64,000 nucleotides of DNA from an uncultured Thiomicrospira sp. GTDB taxonomy: Bacteria; Pseudomonadota; Gammaproteobacteria; CAKMZV01. Location: NCBI GenBank assembly GCA_965195345.1, contig OZ239628.1, positions 1,408,001-1,472,000 on the forward strand, given 5' to 3'. A program made the position numbers and the translations under genes. Every line of letters begins with the position of its first letter. The stretch's first letter is position 1. Shown one piece after another: positions 7,621 through 17,517 of the stretch. The notes under the pieces were generated by a model, which saw only the letters and a program-made list of their open reading frames with translations, ran no database searches and was not told the DNA's origin.

Positions 7621-8682
7621 ATGGAAAAAAGAGACTTAATTACTAGGCTGGATCAAGACGGTGTTATTTGTGCAGAAGGATTTTTGTTCGAAATGGAACG
7701 AAGAGGCTATATGACTTCTGGCGAATTCGTCCCCGAATTAGCTTTAGAAAATCCTGTAGCTTTGAGCAATTTACATCGCGATTTTCAACACGCAGGATCA
7801 GATGTTGTTGAAGCATTTACCTACAATGGTCACCGTGAAAAAATGCGTGTTATCAAAAAAGAGCATTTGCTTGAGCCTCTTAATAGAAGTGCGCTAAAAA
7901 TTGCACGTGAAGTAGCTAACGATGTAGGAGCAGGCAATGAACCTAACCTGCTCGCTGGTAACATTTCAAATTCTAATCTTTGGGAAGATTCAAACACAGC
8001 GATACAAAAAGAAGTTAGAGGCATGTTTGAAGAAATGGTTGGCTGGGCTAAGGAAGAGGAAGCTGACTTCATCGTTGGAGAGACTTTTTACTATGCTGAG
8101 GAAGCATTTTGTGCGCTTGATGTTATTCAACAAGCCAAATTGCCAGCAGTTATCACTGTTGCTCCAATGGGACAAAATGTAATGCTTGACGGATGGAGTA
8201 TTGTTGACACTTGTAAGGAATTAGAACAACGAGGCGCCACTGTTGTTGGTATGAATTGTTTTCGTGGACCTAATACGATGATGCCTTATGTTAGAGAAAT
8301 TCGCAAAGCTGTTCAGTGCCATGTTGCTGCTCTTCCTATTCCATACCGCACCACTGACAATGAACCTACATTTTTCAACTTGAGCGATGATCAGTCATGT
8401 ACTTGCCCTGCGCCTCACGGAAGAACTTTCCCCACAGCACTTGATCCAATGTATATGAATAGGTATGAGGTCAAAAATTTTGCTCAAGAAGCATGGGATT
8501 TGCATATACGTTATCTTGGCGTGTGCTGTGGCGCATCACCAATGCATATTCGTGAACTCGCAAAAGTTATGGGCAAAAACCCTCCAGCAATGCGCTACTA
8601 CGAAAACATGGAGAATCATTTCATGTACGGATCATCAGAGCGTTTAGCGAAGCACATGCAAGAGTATGGTAAATTAGCTTAA
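7621..8682 (+). CDS. Homocysteine S-methyltransferase family protein (betaine-homocysteine methyltransferase-like)
   Basis: N-terminal ICAEGFLFEMERRGY...FVPE...HRDFQHAGSDVVEAFTY, with Zn ligands GMNC and GVCCG. Confidence 0.9.
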   Translation: MEKRDLITRLDQDGVICAEGFLFEMERRGYMTSGEFVPELALENPVALSNLHRDFQHAGSDVVEAFTYNGHREKMRVIKKEHLLEPLNRSALKIAREVANDVGAGNEPNLLAGNISNSNLWEDSNTAIQKEVRGMFEEMVGWAKEEEADFIVGETFYYAEEAFCALDVIQQAKLPAVITVAPMGQNVMLDGWSIVDTCKELEQRGATVVGMNCFRGPNTMMPYVREIRKAVQCHVAALPIPYRTTDNEPTFFNLSDDQSCTCPAPHGRTFPTALDPMYMNRYEVKNFAQEAWDLHIRYLGVCCGASPMHIRELAKVMGKNPPAMRYYENMENHFMYGSSERLAKHMQEYGKLA

Positions 8683-8707
8683 GTCTAATCCATGAATCTC
8701 AAATAAA

Positions 8708-8748
8708 TTCCGAAGCACTTCGTACTTTCAGTATGATAGGCTTCGGAA
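8708..8748 (+). terminator. Stem-loop downstream of the methyltransferase gene (possible terminator or mRNA stabiliser)
   Basis: Inverted repeat TTCCGAAGC...GCTTCGGAA with an inner CGTAC/GTATG stem. There is no clear U-tract. Confidence 0.35.
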
Positions 8749-8909
8749 CATCAGAATACTAACTTATCAATAAATATAACCAAAGCGCTTGGGATATATT
8801 TCCTATCTTAAATACCCATCGCATTTCATTTCGCACAGTTATAATCTACTGTATGGTTAACTCACAATGACTTTTGCCAAAAAAACAAAGTCATGCTCTT
8901 CGCTACTTA

Positions 8910-10034
8910 ATGCATATTGAAAGAATCGAAGCTTATAAACTTAAACTGCCCTATTCCAAAGGCGTATATCGCCTATCAAATGGTAGAGAGTACCGCGCTT
9001 TTGATTCGACGATCGTCCATATTATTTGCAACAATGGTCTTGACGGTTGGGGTGAAAGCACTCCTTTTGGCAGCAACTACATCGCAGCACACGGAAAAGG
9101 AGTTGACGCAGCCCTTGAAGAACTTGCTCCAATATTGCTTGGGCTAGACCCTATCCAGACAGAGCGTATCAATGATGCATTAGACGCGCAGTTATTAGGT
9201 CATAACTCTGCAAAGGCTCCGCTTGATGTTGCTTGCTGGGATATTTTTGGCAAAGCAGTTGGTCGTCCCGTATGCGATCTGCTTGGAGGGCGTATCAATC
9301 ACCCTGTACCACTAATCTCTTCTATTGGCAGCGACACCCCAGAGGCAATGAGGAAGAACATTCAGGAACATCGTGAACAAGGTTTTATGGGTCATTCTGT
9401 TAAGATTGGAGCTGGTGAAACGGAAGGCGGTCCAAAATTGGATGCTGAACGTATTCAATCGGCTCTTGCAGATCGAAAACCTGAAGAATGGTTCTTAGCC
9501 GATGCCAATGGTAGTTTAACGCCTGAACAGGCATTACGCATGTTGGCATTGCTTCCTCGAGAGTCCAACTTTGTCCTTGAAGCACCTTGCGCAAGTTGGC
9601 GAGAAACTCTATCCCTACGCCAACGTTGCAGCGTCCCTATTATGCTCGATGAGTTAATTATTGAGAGCGCTGACATCATTCATGCTATTCAAACGGATGC
9701 GTGTGATGGTATTGGCATAAAAATTACTAAACAAGGAGGATTAACACGATCACGTGTTCAACGTGACCTATGCATTAGTGCTGGTTTAGTCACTTCGATA
9801 CAAGATACCACAGGTTCAGAAATTGCTTATGCTGCTGTGCTTCATTTAGCACAATCCACACCTCGTAATATATTGCGTTGCGCCCTTGATACTCGATCAA
9901 TGACGAGTTTAAGTACCGCTCATTTTGATGCACCCATAAAAAATGGTGCTGCTCACGCTCCCAATCTTCCCGGTCTTGGAATTCACCCAAACCTTGAAGT
10001 TCTTACTAATCCTCAACGCATCTGGACATTATGA
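8910..10034 (+). CDS. Enolase-superfamily (MR/MLE) enzyme, related to the hydroxyproline-betaine epimerase HpbD
   Basis: Motifs GWGESTPFG, AKAPLDVACWDIFGK, SVKIG, ADANG, LEAPC, LDE and GIKITKQGG. Likely ATG at 8910. Overlaps the stcD-like gene. Confidence 0.8.
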   Translation: MHIERIEAYKLKLPYSKGVYRLSNGREYRAFDSTIVHIICNNGLDGWGESTPFGSNYIAAHGKGVDAALEELAPILLGLDPIQTERINDALDAQLLGHNSAKAPLDVACWDIFGKAVGRPVCDLLGGRINHPVPLISSIGSDTPEAMRKNIQEHREQGFMGHSVKIGAGETEGGPKLDAERIQSALADRKPEEWFLADANGSLTPEQALRMLALLPRESNFVLEAPCASWRETLSLRQRCSVPIMLDELIIESADIIHAIQTDACDGIGIKITKQGGLTRSRVQRDLCISAGLVTSIQDTTGSEIAYAAVLHLAQSTPRNILRCALDTRSMTSLSTAHFDAPIKNGAAHAPNLPGLGIHPNLEVLTNPQRIWTL

Positions 10035-12067
10035 ATAACGATCCTCTAATGCAACCTTTTGCAATCAAGCATCTTCATCTAAAAAACCGTATTATTATTA
10101 CTTCTCATGAACCCGCATATCCAGAAGACGGTCTGCCGAAAGCGCGCTATAGAGCCTATCATGCTGAACGAGCAAAGGGCGGTGTTGCAATGACCATGAC
10201 GGCAGGTTCGGCAGTTGTTTCGCAAGATAGTCCCCCTTCTTTTAACAATTTGCTCGCCTATAAAGATGAAATTGTCCCGTGGATTAAAGAACTCGTCGAT
10301 TCCTGTCATGAGTACGATTGCAAAGTCATGATGCAAATCACCCATCTTGGGCGTCGAACCTTTTGGAATACTGGCGATTGGTTACCTACAGTGTCACCCA
10401 CACACGAAAGAGAAATTGCGCACAAAGCAATCCCAAAATTAATTGAAGACTGGGACATAGAGCGCATTGTAAAAGATTATGCAGATGCCGCAGAACGCCT
10501 AAAGAATGGTGGGATTGACGGTATAGAACTGGAGGCATATGGGCATTTACTTGATTCTTTCTGGTCACCATCCACTAATAAATTATCCTCTCCTTATAAC
10601 GGTTCTTTAGAAGAGAGAATGCGTGTTCCGATGGATATTTTAAAAGCCATTCGTGAACGTATTGGTAATGATTTCATAGTAGGTGTCCGTTGTGTTTTAG
10701 ATGAGATGAAGGAAGGAGGTATTACACCAGAGGATGGAATTCAAATCGCCCAATCATTGAAAGATTCTGGATTGGTCGATTTTTTCAATATCATTCGCGG
10801 GCGCATTGATTCCGACCCAGAGTTATCAAAAGTTATTCCCTTGCAAGGCATGCCTTCCGCACCGCATCTTGATTTTGCAGGAGAAATTCGAAAAATAACA
10901 AAACTTCCAACTTTTCACGCTGCAAAAATTCAAGACGTTGCAACCGCACGCCATGCTATTTCAAGCGGCAAACTTGACATGGTTGGTATGACAAGAGCAC
11001 ACATTGCTGATCCACATATTGTGCAAAAAATAATGCAAAATCGTGAAGAAAACATTCGCCCTTGCGTGGGAGCGACGTACTGCCTTGATCGTATTTACCA
11101 AGGAGGCGAAGCACTGTGTATTCACAACGCTGCAACTGGGCGTGAACTACAAATGCCTCACGTGGTCAAACGGGCACGAAAATGCAAAAAAATTATAATT
11201 GTTGGCGCAGGCGCTGCTGGTTTAGAGGCTGCCCGAGTAGCCGCAGAACGTGGACATGAAGTGGTGGTTTACGAAGCCGCCCCTGATGCAGGTGGGCAAA
11301 TACGTCTAATAGCTAAAAATACACGCCGTTCAGAGATGGCTTCCATTATTGATTGGCGGCTAGCGCAATGCGCAAAACACGATGTCACTTTTCACTACAA
11401 TACTTGGATTGATGGTCCTGAACTCCATGATGAAAGCGGCGATATTATTATCGTTGCTACTGGTGGCTTCCCTAATACCGATCTTCTTAAGCAAGGAAAT
11501 GAATACGTTCATTCAACTTGGGATATTATCAGTGGAGATATCAAACCAGGGCGCAATGTATTAATCTTTGATGATGCAGGAGACAATGCAGCATTGCAAG
11601 CGGCAGAAGTGATAGCCAAAAGTGGAGCTAAACTTGAAATTTTGACTCCAGATCGTACCTTTGCATCAGAAATTATGGGGATAAATTTAGTGCCGTACAT
11701 ACAAGCATTACAATGGGAAAATGTGACTTTTAACTTAACATACAGATTACTTGAAGTTAGTAGAGATGGATCTCAACTTACCGCAACAATCGGTAGTGAT
11801 TATACAAAAAAGACACATAATAGCTCTTTCGATCAAGTCATCATCAATCACGGAACTTTGCCATTAGATGACTTATATTTCCAACTCAAAGGAGAATCCA
11901 CCAACCTTGGTGCAGTCAATTACGCTGATTTAATTGCTGGGAAATCTCAAAATATGATGAAAAATCCAAACGGAAAGTTTCAGTTATTTCGAATTGGCGA
12001 CGCAGTATCTTCACGCAATATTCATGCTGCAATTTATGACGCATTGCGTTTAGTCAAAGACCTATAG
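10031..12067 (+). CDS. stcD: NADH:flavin oxidoreductase, N-methylproline demethylase (StcD/HpbA-like)
   Basis: N-terminus DPLMQPFAIKHLHLKNRIIITSHEPAYPEDGLPKARYRAYHAERAKGG, Fe-S motif CVGATYCLDRIYQGGEALCIHN and C-terminus GDAVSSRNIHAAIYDALRL, all as in StcD. Confidence 0.82.
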   Translation: MNNDPLMQPFAIKHLHLKNRIIITSHEPAYPEDGLPKARYRAYHAERAKGGVAMTMTAGSAVVSQDSPPSFNNLLAYKDEIVPWIKELVDSCHEYDCKVMMQITHLGRRTFWNTGDWLPTVSPTHEREIAHKAIPKLIEDWDIERIVKDYADAAERLKNGGIDGIELEAYGHLLDSFWSPSTNKLSSPYNGSLEERMRVPMDILKAIRERIGNDFIVGVRCVLDEMKEGGITPEDGIQIAQSLKDSGLVDFFNIIRGRIDSDPELSKVIPLQGMPSAPHLDFAGEIRKITKLPTFHAAKIQDVATARHAISSGKLDMVGMTRAHIADPHIVQKIMQNREENIRPCVGATYCLDRIYQGGEALCIHNAATGRELQMPHVVKRARKCKKIIIVGAGAAGLEAARVAAERGHEVVVYEAAPDAGGQIRLIAKNTRRSEMASIIDWRLAQCAKHDVTFHYNTWIDGPELHDESGDIIIVATGGFPNTDLLKQGNEYVHSTWDIISGDIKPGRNVLIFDDAGDNAALQAAEVIAKSGAKLEILTPDRTFASEIMGINLVPYIQALQWENVTFNLTYRLLEVSRDGSQLTATIGSDYTKKTHNSSFDQVIINHGTLPLDDLYFQLKGESTNLGAVNYADLIAGKSQNMMKNPNGKFQLFRIGDAVSSRNIHAAIYDALRLVKDL

Positions 12068-12112
12068 CATTTATTTGAAATTCTTAAGAACCTTGCTTGT
12101 AAAAATCAGTAA

Positions 12113-13519
12113 TCAGTGAATTCCTGAACTTTTAATCACAATCATCTTTTGTTGCCACATGTCTTCCATCGTATACGGAATACCACCAACTGCATGCCCT
12201 GAATGTTTATACCCTGCAAAAGGCATCCAATCGACTCTAAATGCCGTATGATCGTTAATCATAACCGCTGACCCATCCAACTTATTGGCAGTGTCCATTG
12301 CAACGTCAATGTCCTTTGAAAAAACAGACGCTTGAAATGAAACATCAAGCTCATTGGCACGTGCAATAGCTTCCTCACGATCACGGTAACTAAATACTCC
12401 AACCACTGGACCAAATACTTCAGAAGTCGCAATTTTACTACTTGCTGGCGCATTGTATATAACGGTTGGTGCATAACTGGTATCTCCGAGCCGCTTTCCA
12501 CCACACAAAACATTTCCACCAGCCTGTTTTGTTTCGTTAACCCATTCTTCAACACGATTGACTTCCGATGGTTCTATCAGTGGTCCTACTTCAGTGTCTG
12601 GAAGAACTGCATCACCTACTTTTAGACCTTGTGCATATGCACTTAGTTTTTCAGAAAAAGTCTCAGCAATAGATTCATCGACAAAAATACGCTGAACCGA
12701 AACACAAACTTGACCAGCGTGATAAAACGCGCCTTTTCCAAGTACAGGGATTATTTCATCAATATCAACATTTTTATCAACAATAACTGGAGCAACTCCT
12801 CCATGTTCAAGCGCACAACGTGTACCGGGTGCAAGTTTTGACCGCAACATCCAGCCAATACGAGCTGATCCTATAAATGTAAAAAAAGCTGTACGCGCAT
12901 CCGTTACTAACTTTTCTGTCACATTAGAACGCGATAAACATACTTGCAACCAACCTTCCTCAAGTCCTGCTCTTTTAGCATATTCGGCAATTTTTAAACA
13001 ACTATATGGCACTGAAGTTGCAGGCTTTACTATCACTGGGCAACCCGTTGCTATTGCTGGTATTACTTGATGAACAATGAGGTTTAATGGGTGATTAAAT
13101 GCGCTAACAGCAACAACAACACCGATAGGTTCGTGATGCGTAAAGGCCAATCTATTTGTACTCGAAGGCGTAATCCCCATAGGAATAGTAGAGCCGGATT
13201 CGGTTGCCAAAGTACGAATCGCTATTTTTATACCATCGATAGCGCGATCGGTTTCAACCAATGCATCAACGAGTGGCTTACCACCTTCGTTTGCTATGGT
13301 CATTGCCAATTGCTCTCTATCATGTTGCATAAAAACAACCATTTTCTCAAGTATTTCTATACGTTTGTAAGCAGGAAGCCAGCTACTGCGATTACGGTAA
13401 AGAGAATGTGCTCTCTCAAGCATTGCTTCCGCTTGCTCTGGAGTATTTAAAGTTATCTCGCCCAGTGGTTCACGGGTATAAGCCTGAAAAACAGTTTCTG
13501 TAGTCACAAGTCGCCTCAA
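12113..13519 (-). CDS. Aldehyde dehydrogenase family protein
   Basis: Motifs AFNHPLN, FTFIGS, LEHGGVAP, GQVCVS (catalytic Cys), EVFGP and MPFAG. Confidence 0.92.
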   Translation of the reverse strand: MRRLVTTETVFQAYTREPLGEITLNTPEQAEAMLERAHSLYRNRSSWLPAYKRIEILEKMVVFMQHDREQLAMTIANEGGKPLVDALVETDRAIDGIKIAIRTLATESGSTIPMGITPSSTNRLAFTHHEPIGVVVAVSAFNHPLNLIVHQVIPAIATGCPVIVKPATSVPYSCLKIAEYAKRAGLEEGWLQVCLSRSNVTEKLVTDARTAFFTFIGSARIGWMLRSKLAPGTRCALEHGGVAPVIVDKNVDIDEIIPVLGKGAFYHAGQVCVSVQRIFVDESIAETFSEKLSAYAQGLKVGDAVLPDTEVGPLIEPSEVNRVEEWVNETKQAGGNVLCGGKRLGDTSYAPTVIYNAPASSKIATSEVFGPVVGVFSYRDREEAIARANELDVSFQASVFSKDIDVAMDTANKLDGSAVMINDHTAFRVDWMPFAGYKHSGHAVGGIPYTMEDMWQQKMIVIKSSGIH

Positions 13520-15138
13520 ATTTTAGAATTTTCAGAATAATCAATTGGCGCTTCAATCAAATGAACGCCCCCTTCTGTGTAGCAGTTTTTTATTAAATCT
13601 ACAAAACTTTCTGTAGACTCTACACGATGTCCTTTTGCACCATACGATTCTGCGTATTTGACAAAATCAGGGTTACCAAATTCAAGCCCCCAATCTTCAA
13701 ATCCAGAATGTCCTTGTTTCCAACGAATCATCCCGTAAGAATCATCTCGCAGAACCAAAACCACTATGTTCAATTTCAATCGTACTGCTGTTTCCATCTC
13801 TTGAGAGTTCATCATAAACCCGCCATCTCCACATACAGCCATAACATTTCTATCTGGATGCAACACTGCTGCCATCATTGCTGAGGGTAAACCAGCGCCC
13901 ATCGTAGCGAGTGCATTATCCAGTAACACTGTATTAGGCATTTCAGTGGGGAAATTGCGTGCAAACCATATTTTATAAACACCATTATCCAATGCCAAAA
14001 TAGCATCTTTAGGCAACGCCTTACGTACATCCGATACTAACCTTTGCGGTACCATTGGGTAACGATCGTCGGCATCATCGGCGTGAATTTCTTTAGAAAT
14101 CTCCTCCCTAATAGCATAAAAAGATTCCAAATCAAAGTTATTTTTTCTTTCGACCAGTTGTTCACACAGGCGATTCATTGTTTTACCAATACTTCCTATT
14201 AACTCAATTTGGGGGAAGTAAACTTCGTCTATCTCAGCTGAATTGTAATTAACATGGATAACGTCTGTGCCTCCATCATGCATGAAAAATGGTGGCTTTT
14301 CAACGACATCATGCCCTACATTGATAATCAAATCAGCTTTTTTCACTGCTTTATGAACATAGTCGTTATCGGATAAAGCGGCAGTCCCAATAAAGCCTTT
14401 AATCGAATGACTAACTACTCCTTTGCCCATTTGTGTATTAATAAATGGAATACCCGTTTTTTTCACAAAATCGGTTAAAGAGTCATAGAGCCAGTTGCGA
14501 TTACATCCAGCACCAATAACCATCAGTGGATTCTTCGCTTTTAGTATTCTTTCAACTGCCACTCCAATCGTAGCATGACTTGGCGATGGCACTCCTGATT
14601 GGCTTTTATTGAACAAGAACCAATCATCAGTGTATTCGGCAGCAATGTCTTCAGGCAACTCTAAATGCACCGCTCCAGGTCTTTCTTCTTCTGCCAAGCG
14701 AAACGCTTCGCGTACAACGGCAGGGATGGTGTGTGCATTGACAATTTGCTTGGTATATTTTGTGATGGGTTCCATCATTCGAACAATATCAACAATTTGA
14801 AATCGCCCTTGTTTGCTTTTCTTAATTGGTTTTTGACCAGTAATCATCAACAATGGCATAGCTCCTAATTGAGCATATGCAGCACAAGTTACAAAGTTAG
14901 TAGCACCAGGTCCAAGCGTTGCCATACATACTCCTGTGCGACCTGTCAGACGACCATGGGTAGCTGCCATAAAACCTGCTCCCTGCTCATGCCGAGTTAG
15001 AATAAGCTTTATAGTTGAAGTTCGTAACGATTCAAGCATATCTAAATTTTCCTCGCCAGGAACTGCAAAAATATAATCTACGCCTTCATTTTCTAAAGCT
15101 CTTACAATTAAATCTGAAGCTTTTATTTTGTCTGTCAT
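13516..15138 (-). CDS. ThDP-dependent enzyme, acetolactate synthase large subunit-like (possible 2-oxo-acid decarboxylase)
   Basis: Motifs PGEENLD, RHEQGAGFMA, TLGPGATN and GDGGFMMNSQE. No small regulatory subunit is adjacent. Confidence 0.88.
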   Translation of the reverse strand: MTDKIKASDLIVRALENEGVDYIFAVPGEENLDMLESLRTSTIKLILTRHEQGAGFMAATHGRLTGRTGVCMATLGPGATNFVTCAAYAQLGAMPLLMITGQKPIKKSKQGRFQIVDIVRMMEPITKYTKQIVNAHTIPAVVREAFRLAEEERPGAVHLELPEDIAAEYTDDWFLFNKSQSGVPSPSHATIGVAVERILKAKNPLMVIGAGCNRNWLYDSLTDFVKKTGIPFINTQMGKGVVSHSIKGFIGTAALSDNDYVHKAVKKADLIINVGHDVVEKPPFFMHDGGTDVIHVNYNSAEIDEVYFPQIELIGSIGKTMNRLCEQLVERKNNFDLESFYAIREEISKEIHADDADDRYPMVPQRLVSDVRKALPKDAILALDNGVYKIWFARNFPTEMPNTVLLDNALATMGAGLPSAMMAAVLHPDRNVMAVCGDGGFMMNSQEMETAVRLKLNIVVLVLRDDSYGMIRWKQGHSGFEDWGLEFGNPDFVKYAESYGAKGHRVESTESFVDLIKNCYTEGGVHLIEAPIDYSENSKI

Positions 15139-15230
15139 GGGAATCTCTCTCTTTTAAAAATTATTTATGTGGTGCCTTTCAATACTACACTTAGTAGGCA
15201 TAGTTTAATTCTATCATCTTTGCAACTTTA

Positions 15231-16016
15231 CTAACTGTGTGAGGCTGCAGGGAAACATCTAAAAAAATTAGTTCTTGTTATTTGCGCCATATCCTTTAAA
15301 TTCATACGATGTAAATCAGCCAAACACTCTGCAGTGTAGGAAACATATCCTGGTTGATTGGGTTTACCTCTATGAGGAACGGGAGACAGATAGGGAGCAT
15401 CTGTTTCAATCAGTAAGCGCTCAAGCGGAATTTTTTTAGCAACTTCGCGTAATGTATCTAATTTTTTAAAAGTAAGCTTGCCAGAGAACGAAATATAAAA
15501 GCCAATATCGAGTGCTCGTTTTGCGCATTCCATATCTCCTTCAAAACAGTGCATTACACCACCACAATCACGTGCACCTTCTCGCTCAAGAATATCCATC
15601 ACTTGTTTTTCCGCTTCTCTACAATGAATGATGACAGGTAAGTCACTCTGTTTTGCCGCCTCAATTTGAGGCAAGAAATTAGCGTACTGCCAAGCATATG
15701 CTTCTTCCTCTTTGAAGTGAAAAAAATCAAGCCCTGTTTCACCAATGGCAACTACCTTTGGTTTTTTAGACCAATAAAGTAGGCTTTCAACAGTAGGAGA
15801 ACGGGCTTCTTTATAGCAAGGATGAACACCAACTGATGCCCATACATTTTTGAATTTATTTGCGGTTTCTATAACTTCCTGTGCGCTCTCAAGCGCAACG
15901 CAAACATTAAGCATGCCGTCTACTTTATATTTCTCATAAGCGTTTTTAACAACGTCTTCAATATCGAACTCCTTGGTTTCAAGCATATTGAGGTGGCAAT
16001 GCGAATCTATAAGCAA
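15231..16016 (-). CDS. tatD: TatD-family deoxyribonuclease (YcfH)
   Basis: Motifs IDSHCHL, GVHP, AIGETGLD, HCRE and ETDAPYL. Downstream of holB. Confidence 0.93.
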   Translation of the reverse strand: MLIDSHCHLNMLETKEFDIEDVVKNAYEKYKVDGMLNVCVALESAQEVIETANKFKNVWASVGVHPCYKEARSPTVESLLYWSKKPKVVAIGETGLDFFHFKEEEAYAWQYANFLPQIEAAKQSDLPVIIHCREAEKQVMDILEREGARDCGGVMHCFEGDMECAKRALDIGFYISFSGKLTFKKLDTLREVAKKIPLERLLIETDAPYLSPVPHRGKPNQPGYVSYTAECLADLHRMNLKDMAQITRTNFFRCFPAASHS

Positions 16017-16930
16017 GTTGCTTCTTCCTTCAATGCATCAAGTAAACTCTCCAATTGCAATGTTTGGTTCAATGGCAAATGCCACTCATTTATCGCGACT
16101 TGTATTTGTTGATACAACTTATGTTGTCTTACATTTCCAGGCTTAGTTAATAAAATCTTTCTTTGCATTATTTGAGCAAACCAGTGCAAACTCGACTCTC
16201 CCATGTCGTTCCATAATGCTGCAGTTTCACCAACTCCTGCTTTACCAGCCATCAATAGTTTCAATGAGTTGTGCCACTCCTTCCATTTTTCATCTAAAGA
16301 ATCGGCAAGGATTTCTTTAGCGATGAGAGGAGCGTTCTCTGCCATAAATAAAGCATGTTCAACCCTCTTCTCGTCGTATCCTTGTTCAAGTAACCACTGC
16401 TTGCTAACGCTATGCTCCGGCAAAGCAATCAAAAGTCGCCGTGCTCTACTCGCAACGGTTGCTGGCAATCGTGATTCGTTGGCAATGAGTAAGACAAGCA
16501 CTGTATCTTCTGGAGGCTCTTCAAGCGTTTTTAACAAAGCATTTGCTGAACTTGAATTCATTTTATCAGCATCCTCTATTAAAACCACTCTCCACCCGCC
16601 TTGATGCGGTTTCAACTCCAATTGCTGAATTAAAGAACGTATTTGAGAAATTTTAATATTCTGAGCGCTTTCTTCTAACTTTATATGAATAAAATCTGGA
16701 TGCGTCCCCTCTTTAAGCAGTAAACAACCACGGCAACTTCCACATCCGATTTGTCCATTTTGACACAACAAAAATCGACTCAAAGTGAGTGGGAGCTGCA
16801 ATTTTCCACTGCCATGCGGACCAACAATCATCCACGCATGGGCTCCTCTATGATTTCCCCACGCACTCCAAATAATTTGCCAATACGGTTCAAGCCAAGC
16901 ATATAACTTCATTAAATACTCATGTGACAA
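16007..16930 (-). CDS. holB: DNA polymerase III subunit delta'
   Basis: Zn motif CGSCRGC, HPDF, and ANALLKTLEEPP. tmk-holB synteny. Confidence 0.93.
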   Translation of the reverse strand: MSHEYLMKLYAWLEPYWQIIWSAWGNHRGAHAWMIVGPHGSGKLQLPLTLSRFLLCQNGQIGCGSCRGCLLLKEGTHPDFIHIKLEESAQNIKISQIRSLIQQLELKPHQGGWRVVLIEDADKMNSSSANALLKTLEEPPEDTVLVLLIANESRLPATVASRARRLLIALPEHSVSKQWLLEQGYDEKRVEHALFMAENAPLIAKEILADSLDEKWKEWHNSLKLLMAGKAGVGETAALWNDMGESSLHWFAQIMQRKILLTKPGNVRQHKLYQQIQVAINEWHLPLNQTLQLESLLDALKEEATCL

Positions 16931-17516
16931 AGGGCTTTAAGAGGGTTTGTATGTCTAAAGAGACTACCTCTCTACTTTGATTAGCATCAATACGTTTAAC
17001 GCGTTGAGGATTATTTTGCCAAATAGCCTGATAGCGTTCAGCTACTTTTTGTTGAAAAATCATACCCGCCTTATCGAATCGATTGTTTTCTTTGCGCCCT
17101 GTCATTCTTTTTGCCGCAACTTCTAAGTCAACATCAAACCATAATGTCATATCGGGCCAGCATTTAGAGTGAACTTTTTCAGCAAGCAATTTTGTAAACT
17201 GCTCATCACTTTGGTATGCCAACGTAGAGTCGGTGAAACGATCACATAATACCCATTTACCTTCCGCTAACGCTGGCAATATGCCTTTGTGCAAATGCTG
17301 ATGACGAGCGGCAAATAACAGTAATTGTTCCGTTTGCTCATCGACGCCTTCAACCCACTGGCTAAGCATTACTTTTCGGATTGCTTCAGCCATTGGAGTG
17401 CCTCCAGGTTCACGCGTAACATATACTGAAACGCCTCTTGATTCAAGCCATGTTACTATAAACTCTAAAATAGTAGATTTTCCACTACCATCTATGCCTT
17501 CGAAGCTAATAAACAT
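16920..17516 (-). CDS. tmk: Thymidylate kinase
   Basis: Motifs FEGIDGSGKST, TREPGGT and LCDRFTDSTLAYQ. Confidence 0.96.
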   Translation of the reverse strand: MFISFEGIDGSGKSTILEFIVTWLESRGVSVYVTREPGGTPMAEAIRKVMLSQWVEGVDEQTEQLLLFAARHQHLHKGILPALAEGKWVLCDRFTDSTLAYQSDEQFTKLLAEKVHSKCWPDMTLWFDVDLEVAAKRMTGRKENNRFDKAGMIFQQKVAERYQAIWQNNPQRVKRIDANQSREVVSLDIQTLLKPFVT

Positions 17517-17517
17517 A

